NCBI GenBank assembly: GCA_051362555.1
Contig: CM120640.1
Span: 56,522,788-56,586,787, forward strand
Direction: 5' to 3'
DNA from: Lingula anatina
Lineage: Eukaryota; Animalia; Brachiopoda
Length of the DNA: 64,000 nucleotides
The notes beneath the pieces were generated by a model. It worked only from the letters and a program-made list of their open reading frames with translations, was not told the DNA's origin and ran no database searches. A program made the translations under genes and the position numbers. The stretch's first letter is position 1. The number at the start of each line of letters is the position of its first letter. Below are positions 53,601 to 64,000 of this stretch, piece after piece.

Positions 53601-56600
53601 GAGATGGTGTAGCAGCAAGTTTATCATTGGCACTATGTAACATATTCATAGGGCTTGAAATGTATACTTGTTGGAAATGCTGGATGAAAGGTAAGTTTTG
53701 CTTTGATTGAAATAAAAAAACCTTTTAAGCTGGATAATGAAGACACTAGCCATAACCCTGTAACAATCTGGGAAATATTTAAAGTCATTTGTTTAAGACC
53801 ACCATCCAATCGAACACTGACTTCTGAGTTGTGCGATATTCAAAACTGTGTTAAAGAATGTTGCCAGGTGGCAAGGTTCGTCAGACGATGATTTATTAGT
53901 TTATTTTTTGTAACATTTATTTATGGCATTTATCTATCATAAAAAGATTTAAAAATATTACTGGACCAAGTTGACCCTTAAGAAGAAGTGATTTATATGC
54001 TTTTAAGTAAAAGATGTATTTAAAATCTTACAATTAGTCCCTTTAAATGAATGTATATATATAAAAACATAAAAAGTGACCTGTGTTGAATAGTGTCAAT
54101 ATTTGCTGTGAATCTCTTAGATTAGATTGCGTTTCATCTAAATTAATTTTCTGTTTTTTTATTTGTTAACCTTTCTGGTAATATATGTATATATATGTAT
54201 TTCAGACACCAGCTGGGATGTTCCATGGTCAGTGATAGTATTGTGGGGCCTTATGTCATCTCAGTATTTCTTTGCCACAGGCCATCAGGCTACAGTGCCC
54301 ACTATCAAATGGGAAGCAGCTTTCACTGGATTCCATGGTGACTTTGAAAGCCACATACTCCCAGGCTTGCTCATACATCTCAACACATTTGCATCAGAGG
54401 TTTTAGTGTCCCTGACATTACCATTAATACTGAGTTGGCCATTGTTCCGTACCAGTAGGTACAGCATTAGGAAAGGATCCAGTGATAATTGGAATGAAGG
54501 AGCAGATAAGGGAGAGCTGGTGCTAAGTGAAAATTCAGTCCAGTTTCAGCTGTGTGTTTTCAAACTGGGACTGGGATATGTGCTATTTCATGCAGTGAAG
54601 GTATGCTAGGTAACATTTTCAATCCTAGGTATGTTAAATTATAAAATGTAATAGTAGCTATAACCATTATGAATTTCTGTTACTCAGATTTCCATTCCGA
54701 AACCCCAAGAATAGTTGAAACGTAATTTATAAAAAATTAAGAAAATGGTAATTTTACTATTGTGCATTATTGAAGTCTAATGCACTGTTAATTGTACCAC
54801 CAGCGTTAGCGCTGGCGGTACACATGGTTTCGGTCCCGTCCGGATCGTTCCGCCGGCTCCGCCGGCTCCGTTGGCTCCGCCGGCTCCGCCGGACGGCTAC
54901 CGTTACCGCTTCTCCTCCTAGACGGTAAGGGCCCCCGTACCCATCTCATGGATTTAGGTCACCTATAATCTCAACTCGTTCCACGTAAAATTTGGGCTTT
55001 GTCGGTATTGGGGTCTGGGTGTGGCACTCATTGCAATGCACCCTTGTCTAAAAATGGCAAAATTAAATGCTAATTATCTACCCTACGGAAGGAGTTATGG
55101 GAAAAATTTCTATAGACGGCTTTCCAAAAGTCATATGTGTAGATTTCAAATATACCCTTGGATTTGACCTTTGACCTTTACTTCAAGGTCAAATGGGCCA
55201 AAATTTTCAAAAAAATGAAATTTTTTACGAAAAAAATTTTTTTTGCCCTGTTATTCAGACACCACACAGACTTAACCAATAATATTATTGGAAGGTGTTA
55301 CCCTTCAGGTCATCTTTCATCTCCATGAATTTGGGGTCAATCGGTGCATTTTCACGGGAGTAGCGGCCATAAGATACCGAAACTGAAAACTGTCTCTAAT
55401 TCGGGAACCGTTAATGCTAGAGACCCATTCTTTTTTGCATTTTGTAGAGCATGTAAAGCCCAACACTGGAGGTGGTCTCGGTTTTTTTGTATTCCATACG
55501 GTTTTCGAGTTACGCTGTATCAAAAAGTACATATTGGTGGTAAAAGCAAAATGTGCAGTACGGTAATGGATAATAAATTTTGAACTCTGGAAAAATAAAA
55601 CATAAGGCTTGGCAAAGCAGACAACTTGTGTTCAAAAATGACATTATTTCATCAAATTTGAACTTCTGAAACTTCAGAGCACCTCCTATTTCAAGAATTT
55701 TGACCAAAATGACATTTTCTTTATTTTAATTAATTTTTTCTGTACGAAATTTAAGGCACATTATGGTAACTCCAAAATTATAACATTTAGTCCCTTATAT
55801 CTCCAAAACTGGCAGAGATAGGTCCATAGTTACTATTGAAGTTGAATAGGAAGTCACATACTGGCAATCTTACTATGACCTTGAAAGTGACCTTTGACCT
55901 ACTTTTCACCATGAACTGAACTTTGCAAATTTTTCTTCCCTTTTATCTCCAAAACTGGCAGAGATAGGTCCATAGTTACTATTGAAGTTGAATAGGAAGT
56001 CATATACTGGCAATCTTACTATGACCTTGAAAGTGACCTTTGACCTACTTTTCACCACGAACTGAACTTTGCAAATTTTTCTTCCCTTTTATCTCCAAAA
56101 CTGGCAGAGATAGGTCCATAGTTACTATTGAACTTGAATAGGAAGTCATATACTGGCAATCTAAATGTGACCTTAAAATTGACCTTTGACCTACTTTTCA
56201 CCATAAACTGAACTTTGCAAAATTTGCTTCCCTTTTATCTCCAAAACTGGCAGAGATAGGTCCATAGTTACTATTGAACTTGAATAGGAAGTCATATACT
56301 GGCAATCTAAATGTGACCTTAAAATTGACCTTTGACCTACTTTACACCATGAACTGAATTTTGCAAATTTTGCTTTCCTTTTATCTCCAAAACTGGCTGA
56401 GATAGGTCCGTAGTTACTATTGAACTTGAATAGGAAGTCATATACTGGCAATCTAAATGTGACCTTAAAATTGACCTTTGACCTACTTTACACCATGAAC
56501 TGAATTTTGCAAATTTTGCTTTCCTTTTATCTCCAAAACTGGCTGAGATAGGTCCGTAGTTACTATTGAACTTGAATAGGAAGTCATATACTGGCATTAT

Positions 56601-57405
56601 AAATGTGACATTAAAATTGACCTTTGTCCTACTTTTCACCATAAACTGAACTTTGCAAATTTTGCTTCCCTTTTATCTCCAAAACTGGCAGAGATAGGTC
56701 CATAGTTACTATTGAACTTGAATAGAAAGTCATATACTGGCAATCTAAATGTGACCTTGAAATTGACCTTTGACCTACTTTTTATCATGAACTGAACTCT
56801 GCTAATTTCTTTCTCTTTTAACTTCAAACTTGACAGAGATAGGTCCATAGTTACTCTTGAACTTGAATAGGAAGTCATATACTGGCAATTTACTGTGACC
56901 TTGAAATTGACCCTTGACCTACCTTACGAAGAACTTAAATTTGATTGTACCATATATATATTTTGCAATAGTTTAAAAATTCTTGTTGATTGCATTTTTA
57001 CAGCTTGTCAAGCACAAAACTGGTGGCTGTGTCCCTTATTTTGTGTATGTGGGGGTCTATACGAATGCGCTTGCTCCAGCTGGTGGTACAATATTCGGAG
57101 GCGGTATCGCCTCTCTGATCCTCTAGTTTTATTTTCTATTCATATTATTGGATTCCCATGTGAGATTGAGATAAAATTGATTAAATGTATGATGTTTTCC
57201 ATAATTTTAGCTCCTTGGATCCATGTTGGCTGCAGCAGTATTAAGAAGGCATCTCATGGTGTGGAAAATATTTGCTCCGAGGTTCATCTTCCAAAGTGTT
57301 TCATTTATTACCATATATGTGGTGGTTATCATGTCTGTGGGACTGATGCAACATGTACACTCACATCTAGGGGGATGGTTGAACAGACTAGAGAAAACTA
57401 AGTAA
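50696..57405 (+). CDS. PIGO: GPI ethanolamine phosphate transferase 3, ~1087 aa
   Basis: Exons 50696-51456, 51591-51750, 51938-53690, 54206-54600, 57211-57405 (3264 nt). Motifs IIDALRFDF, ADPPTTTLQRLKGLTTGSLPTF, HFLGVDHCGH, GDHGMTRTGDHGGD, QIDLVPT, FFATGHQAT, LRRHLMVWKIFAPRF. Confidence 0.97.
54789..57128 (+). mobile_element. HINE family A, copy 2 (last PIGO intron)
   Basis: Same termini as 13776-16346; (CCGGCTCCG)n minisatellite at ~54850-54892; inserted in a TT context with no TSD. Confidence 0.87.
55795..56930 (+). repeat. Tandem array, 8 units of 146 bp
   Basis: Anchor at 55808, 55954, 56100, 56246, 56392, 56538, 56684, ~56829. Confidence 0.95.
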
Positions 57406-58911
57406 AATGAAACTGATATGTTTAAATTATTATAATACAAATAATAACCAGGCCCGGTTGTCATTTCTTCTTAGTCTAAGTAGGTATAGTGAGGTAACTC
57501 GGATTTAAATGGCAGATATTATATTTCAAAATATCAGAAGATAGTTATTTTTACCGTAACATTGTGAAAAAACCATCAAAAGAATTCTTTTTTTTATAAC
57601 CAAGTGAAGTATAAAATTGAAGCTCCACAAATATATTATTTTAATCTAAATAAGGGCATATTCTCATACCAAAATCATTTTTGATACAAAACTTTATTGA
57701 ATGAAATAAAGAAATCACCATATTACAGAAAGTTTTTAAGTAGGACCATGTAAAGCACCCAGAGCTTCGGACAATGGGAATTGAGATGATAAGGAGGAAT
57801 GGGTTCCTTGCTAGACATACCCTTTGTAGTTGTCGGAGTGGGGCAATTTTATCCCAGGTGTTGAGTAGTGCACATCCCTATCCGTGTAACGTAATATATT
57901 GATAGCTGTAAATATTAGGTCAAGCATCACCACAGACTTATTCCTTATCCAGATACCCAGCTGAGGGATTGCACACAATCCCACAATTATTCTCCTATGC
58001 TGCTAACCCAAGTTTAAGGGGCAGGTAGATGAGGGATAGTTATGGAAAAGAAGTCAGCTTGAAAGGGTGAAATCCCACAGGGGCCTCTTTATTAACTCTT
58101 TGTAAACTTTTCTAGAAGCCCTTTTGATATTAGAGCGTAGGCAGATTCAGTTCAGTTGGTACTAGGAATTGGACAAAGTATGATAGCAATCAGATTTTAG
58201 GTAGCTTAAAGACCTGAGGCAAGGATTGTGGAAACAAGTGTTGGGATAAAAACTAGGCAAATGTCAAACAGCTTGTTATGCAGGCCTACCCAACTACCAG
58301 ACTCGGCACATAAGGATCCTGAATTAACTGGTATACCGGACCACACTATCCGTTTTCAAGGTGTGTGTCAGATCGCATTTTAGAGTATCAGTCAGAACAC
58401 CGACTGGATGAGCCCGCGTTGTCAACAGAAAAAGAATTTTAATTCATTCATTCATTAAAATGAATTGTATCAAGGAGACATCTCAATGCTTGTGTCTTGG
58501 AAATCTTTGAGATGAAATGTTTTACAAATGAATAAACGAATAACAAAGTTTTGGTGGATTATTTTCTTGGATTATTCATTTTGCTGAAATATATTTAAAA
58601 TGATGAAGCATAATAAAGCAAAGAGAACTTTTAAAAAGTTAAAAGTAATTTTTTAAAGCAGCACACAGGTAACCATATCTGAATTTTTTATTACACATTG
58701 TAGAGTCCAAAAATAAAGAAAGAAAGTTACTACTTTCAACCCTGGTTATATTTGTCATAAAATTGGTAACAAAGGAGCTAATGTATAAATAAAAGGGCTG
58801 GCAACTCTTCATTTTGACAGGAAAGGTGCCAAAAAATGGAATTTCCTTGGGTAAGCAACAATTTATCAATGTAAAATGATTACATTCCATTATTCAAAGT
58901 TAGTCCACTTT

Positions 58912-61622
58912 TTATGTACAGACACAGATGTGTCTGTACATATTGCCATCACCTGCGTCTGTCGTCGCCGATGGCGATGCCGTCGCCGGCGCCGTGCACT
59001 TTCCTTGTAAACACGATAAGTGGAAGGCAGTTTCACTATTTGGCTTTATATTTACAGAGCTGATGAATATTCATAAAATGCAGGTCAAGTTCGAAAATCA
59101 GCATGATCGGGCCATTATTGTAGAAGTTATGCTGTTTTTTCACTTTTCAGCATATATGCAACCTTGTAAACACATTTTAAGGAAAACCGTTAGGCCTGTT
59201 GTCATGAAACTCACAGGAGTAATCAATCTTACTAAAACGCAGGTCATGTTCGAAAATCAGCATGATCGGGCCACTATTTTAGTAGTTATGCGGTTTTTTC
59301 ATTGTTCAGCATATATGCAACACTGTAAACACAATATAAGAAAAACAGAAAGCCCAATTGTCATTAAACTCACAGTCATGGTCATGAGTTTGAAAATCAG
59401 CATAATCGGGGCATTATTTTAGAAGTTATGCTGTTTTTTCACATTTCCTCAGGTTTCCTCAGATTTAATTCTTAGGCATGTTAATAGCCTTATTATTTAA
59501 GTAATAAGATACGTAAAAGTGTTTGTTTGACATTTCCTGCATCTTTACAACATTGTTAGTTGATTATGTAAAAATGATGGTAAACTTGTTATCATGTATT
59601 GTGTAATCAAGTGTCAAAAACGGAAATAAACTCATATCATTGCAGTTTGTCAGATTCAATCATCCACTATGTTAAGAATCTCAGAATGGAGGAAATTGGA
59701 CATTTAACACTGTTCTATTGATATATTTCTCATCTCATCAATTTTCTTAGTTGGTCATAAAAAATGGCAGTAAAATGTTTATTTTGTTTTATGTTAAAAA
59801 AAGTGTTAAAAACGGAAATAAACCCATTTCAGAACAGAGCTGTCTTGTTTACATTTTGGCATTTTCAAGATGCGACTTTGAAGTTCCATGGGCCTGAAGA
59901 CCTTTGCTAGTCACATTTTCTGAATATCTGTGATACTAATATTTTAGAATTAAAAATTAATGGTCATTATGCTGTTAAACATTATGTAACTTTGCATCAA
60001 AAATTGAAGAAGCCCCTATTTTGGGCACTGCTCCCATGATGACCATTTAAGGAAAATCATGTCAATTACTGTTCTCAAACTTACAGGAAAGAAACATGGG
60101 ACTAAAATACAGCTTCAGTAGGCAATGCAGTCTGTTTGGTAACTTTTTCTGGCAGTTAAACAGTTTTTTGTGAAAATTTATTTTTTCACATGTTGGCATT
60201 TTTAAGGTGTGACTTTGAAGTTCCATGATCGTGAAGACCTTTGCTTGTCATGTTTTCTGAATGTCCATGTTACTAATATTTTATTAATAACATTTGATGG
60301 TCATTATGCTGTTAAACATTATGTAATGTTGCATCAAAATTTGAAAAAAAAACCTATTTTGGGCACTGCTCCTATGATGACCATTTAAGGGAAATCATGT
60401 CACTTACTGTTCTCAAACTTACAGGAGAGAAACATGGGTCTAACATACAGCTTCAGTAGGCAATGCAGTCTATTTTTCTGGCAATTTAACAGTTTTTTGT
60501 GAAAATTTAATTTTTCACTTCTTGGCATTTTCAAGGTGCGACTTAGAACCTCCACGGGCTTGAAGACCCATGCTAGTCACATTTTCTGAAAATCCATGAC
60601 ACATATTTTATTATTAAAAATTGATGTATTATGCTGTTAAGCATTATGTAATGTTGCATCAAAATAGAAGAAAACACAATTTTTGGTGCTTCTGCCATTA
60701 TGACCATTATGGGAAAACCGTGTTACTTATGATTGTCAAACTTTCAAAAAAGAAACACAGGACTAAAATGCAGCCCGAGTTGGAAAAGCAGTCTAATTGG
60801 CTTCTTTTTCTGAAAGTTATGCATTTTAGTGAAATATTCATTATCTTTTTGGCATATTCATTGTGGGACTCGGAGCTCCCATGGACATGAAGCCGGATGG
60901 TAATCAAATTTTCTACATGTTCATGCTATTTATAGTCAATAATCAAAAATTGGTGATAATTATTCTATAATTTATTATGTAATGTTACATCAAAATTGAC
61001 AATAATCTTTTTGCACTGCTACTGCAAACATTATGAAAAGAAAACTGTGTTATTTATTATTACATTTAACTTATGAGTATGATTTTTAGGATTGGCATGC
61101 AGTTCAAATTAGAAAGCCAGGTCAATTGGGTTATCATTTATTATTGAATTTTATGCAATTTTGTGTGAAATTTCATTTTTCTCATTCTGGCACTTTCAAA
61201 GTATAAACTTGAACTCTGATGGGCCTGAAGCCTTATGCTTTTACTTTCGTTGGTGTTACCTGTTGTGCAAAATTAAAATTTGATGTTGACTGTGCAGTTA
61301 AACATAATGTATTATTGCATCAGAATTGGTAGTCTCTTATTTTGTGCATTATTGTTTTGTGCTTTTCTTAAGTTGTGACTTATGGGCCTGAAAGACCTTT
61401 GAGAGGGTCAGTCTGTAAATTTCCCTTGGGTATCACTTAGCTAATTTCAGCGTTATAAAGTAATTTGCCTAATTAATCAGCCATTAAATGAGATTACATA
61501 AAGCACACTTGTTGATATTTCCCTGTAAACTCCCATAGGTTAAGCTCTCTGCTAGATTAATAATAAGGAAGCAGTGATAATTATGCAGGTGAATTTTGTT
61601 TAATATTGCAAATAAGTTTTTA

Positions 61623-61660
<38 letters not shown>

Positions 61661-62460
61661 AACTCAAAGATTAAAAGTTTGAATAGCAGCTTCATTGGAA
61701 TTATATTTACCTCTGCCAAGGAGGTTATATTTTCACCCCTGTTTGTCATCAACATAACTCAAAAAGTTATGGACCGATTTTGCTGAAATTTTCAGGAACT
61801 GTCAGAAGTGGGCCAAAGAGGACAATAATCAATAATAATCAACAATTGCTACCTTGGCAGAGGTCTGCACTCTCGGAGCGCTTTTCTAGTTTTGTTATGT
61901 TTTCCTTTATAATTTTTTCTCAAACACTTGCATTTGTGACTTTTAACTCTCATCCGCCTGAGGCTCTGACATTTCTGTATTTCCACATAAGCAGTTGTAT
62001 TGTTTTTTATGTCTTTAAACATTATGTTACTTATGTAATATTATTTTATGCACTGTCATCATTTTTCAAATATTGAGACTTTCATCATGTGAATTTAAAC
62101 TCATGGTCCTGAAACTGTAATCTTATTGAAAGGGTAGATTGAGACCATCTTCAAGGTCTTCCGGAAGACAGTCAGGCTATTAAGTTGATATTGCCTGGTA
62201 TCTATTTTTTCTTCTGTTGGAAGACCATCAAAATGGAGGATGGATCAAAATAGATACTTTGGAATACTGTCAGAAAATATCTCTGGGTCCGCTCATGTTA
62301 TTGACCATTTTACCTGTTGTGCATGATTAAAATTCAGTGTTGACTGACAGTGCTATTATAAGCATTATTTATTATTGCATCAAAATTGACAAAATGACCT
62401 ATTTTGCATCTTTATTTTCTGTTTTTTGTCTGTACATTTGACAGCTTTGCTGCCTTGTTT
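58912..62460 (+). mobile_element. HINE family B, copy 3 (longest)
   Basis: Same termini as 17569-20090 and near-identical to it outside a ~1.1-kb segment; T-runs on both sides. Confidence 0.88.
61706..61892 (+). mobile_element. Short HINE family C nested in family B
   Basis: 13-bp subTIRs ACCTCTGCCAAGG / CCTTGGCAGAGGT, 3' hairpin GCACTC-TCG-GAGCGC, end CTAGTT. Also at ~21177-21411 and truncated at ~19353-19521. Confidence 0.82.
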
Positions 62461-62819
62461 TTTAATGTGAAGAGTACGTAGATCTCTGAAGGTCCACATG
62501 GTGCACTGGTCCAATGGCAAGCACATATTCCAGAATAATTGTGAGCACTGCTGGTTTGATGGTAAAAATGAAATTCATTATATTCCTTTGTGTTGGTTAA
62601 AATGTATTTATTATGGAATTTTGAATTTTGTACGCATTTCAACATGACCAAGTAATTTCCCATTCTGATTTACCAAAACCCATAAAGGGGGCTCAAATTA
62701 TTACAAAGCACAGAACCAAATTTGATGACATTTTCTAGCATAAAAAGACATAAAATAGTATAATTCTGTGTGTTTCATACGAGACATTTTGTAATTTACA
62801 ATTGTGGCAATCTATGAAT

Positions 62820-63694
62820 CTATGTGGGAATTTTAATCAAAAACTCCCCATTTTCATCATAAATGACATTGTCTTTTTGGTAAAACCTAGCTTTAGAACC
62901 AGACACCTTAATCTTCATATAAGAATCTCTAGGAGTCACTTTTGTTCCAAATGGTTTTTGATATCCTGTCTCATAGTCATATACATATGGGTCTTTGTCA
63001 TATTTTATTTTATCCAGTATCTCCTTGCGAGCCTTTTCAACTGGCTTCTCGTAGGGATTCATTGCAGTTTCTGCATTGTTGCTATGTAGTTTATCTGTTG
63101 CTTTCAGATTCTCTTGTTCCATTGACTTTATTCTGTTGGCAGAGACAGAGGCTGTAGGGACAGGAGCACCATCTGAATCTTTACTTTCTGACAGTTTCCT
63201 TGTTCCTTTGTATTGATATTCCTTTAAAAGAACACCCAGTTCATTTTCATCTTTCACGCTGGTGAATTGTCCAATTTTATTATCATAGTCAATGCTATTT
63301 CTTAATCGTCCTCTGCCTCTTTTAAATTTTCTTTCTAAAGGCTGGTATGAAGGACTTGTTGCATTTTCTTCATTTTGTACTTCGTTATAAATGTCTTGAT
63401 GGTGAATAGAATCGGTATCATTTTCATCAAACTGACTGAAGTGCCCTCTACTTCTGTAAGCCAGATAATCATCCTTTACTTGTGCAGGTTTATAAAGCTC
63501 CTTTTCCATGTTACTTCCATCAGTAGTCTGTCCTTCAGGAAATGCTACTTTATTAAGTAGGTCTTTTACCTGATCATCAATTACATACACAGATGTCCCA
63601 CTACCACTTTCAAGCTTTTTTGGAGCCTCCATCTTCATTTGACTATCTTCTTTTTGGACAAGTGCCTCAAATGGACCAATAGTCCTAGAAGTAT
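62820..63694 (-). CDS. NGRN: Terminal exon of a neugrin-like gene (upstream exons not resolved or outside the window)
   Basis: Open frame from the acceptor CACAG at 63695 to TAG at 62820. C-terminus FYQKDNVIYDENGEFLIKIPT resembles the recalled neugrin end VVQRGREFFDSNGNFLYRI. The coding call is strong; the name is less certain. Confidence 0.6.
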
Positions 63695-64000
63695 CTGTGA
63701 ATTAAAGGATATGTTTAATTATTAATTAAGAATGTAATGACATGCATCACATGTACCATTCCGGAGACAAATGAGATTTCTACATAAACTCATCTTGAGT
63801 AAAAAAAAATCACACGTCTTCATGTCAATTTACAGCATAAAATGAAAGACAAGGTTTTGAATCTAAATGGGTATTACAACATACCTAGTTTGACTTCAGT
63901 TTCAATTTGTCAAGATGAAGAACAGGTGATGGTGATTAATGATGTCAGAGAAATGTAACGTACCATATTCTTTAAGACCAGATACAAGCATCTTTCTCTC

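Noticed and set aside
56191-57401. Repeating-peptide ORFs and the 168-aa ORF 56895-57401
   Set aside because: Read-through of the 146-bp satellite and HINE end into an off-frame of the last PIGO exon.
58000-58015. CTAACCC as a telomerase RNA template
   Set aside because: Only 7 nt match, shorter than the ~1.5 repeats expected, and no supporting structure was identified.
63695-63712. Minus-strand ATATCCTTTAAT as a U12 signal
   Set aside because: It lies just upstream of an acceptor, so it is not a donor. It is an imperfect branch site and the matching donor is not visible.
63885-63960. Possible upstream exon of the neugrin-like gene (CTAG|GTATGT donor)
   Set aside because: The required frame has a TGA nine codons upstream and no convincing acceptor before it.

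Overview
AT-rich, intron-rich animal genomic DNA, probably a lophotrochozoan or mollusc (inferred from the repeat types; not provable here). I spliced the genes by hand and found nine protein-coding genes in strictly alternating orientation: MYDGF(-), HSD17B4(+), SSR2(-), LINS/lines(+), CACTIN(-), an uncharacterised 167-aa gene(+), ENSA/ARPP19(-), PIGO(+) and the last exon of a neugrin-like gene(-). They form four very compact head-to-head promoters, each with an ETS-type motif, and four convergent 3' junctions. SSR2 has a U12-type GT-AG intron. About a quarter of the window is non-autonomous Helentron-like (HINE) elements. Family A carries 146-bp tandem arrays. Family B carries ~161-bp arrays plus a captured MITE and, in some copies, a nested short HINE (family C) whose empty site is visible in another copy. 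Kolobok-like TTAA elements, CAG-ended MITEs, decayed CR1/L2 LINE pieces and microsatellites are also present. No prokaryotic systems, CRISPR arrays, rRNA or tRNA genes were seen. Gene names come from my recognition of motifs, not database searches.
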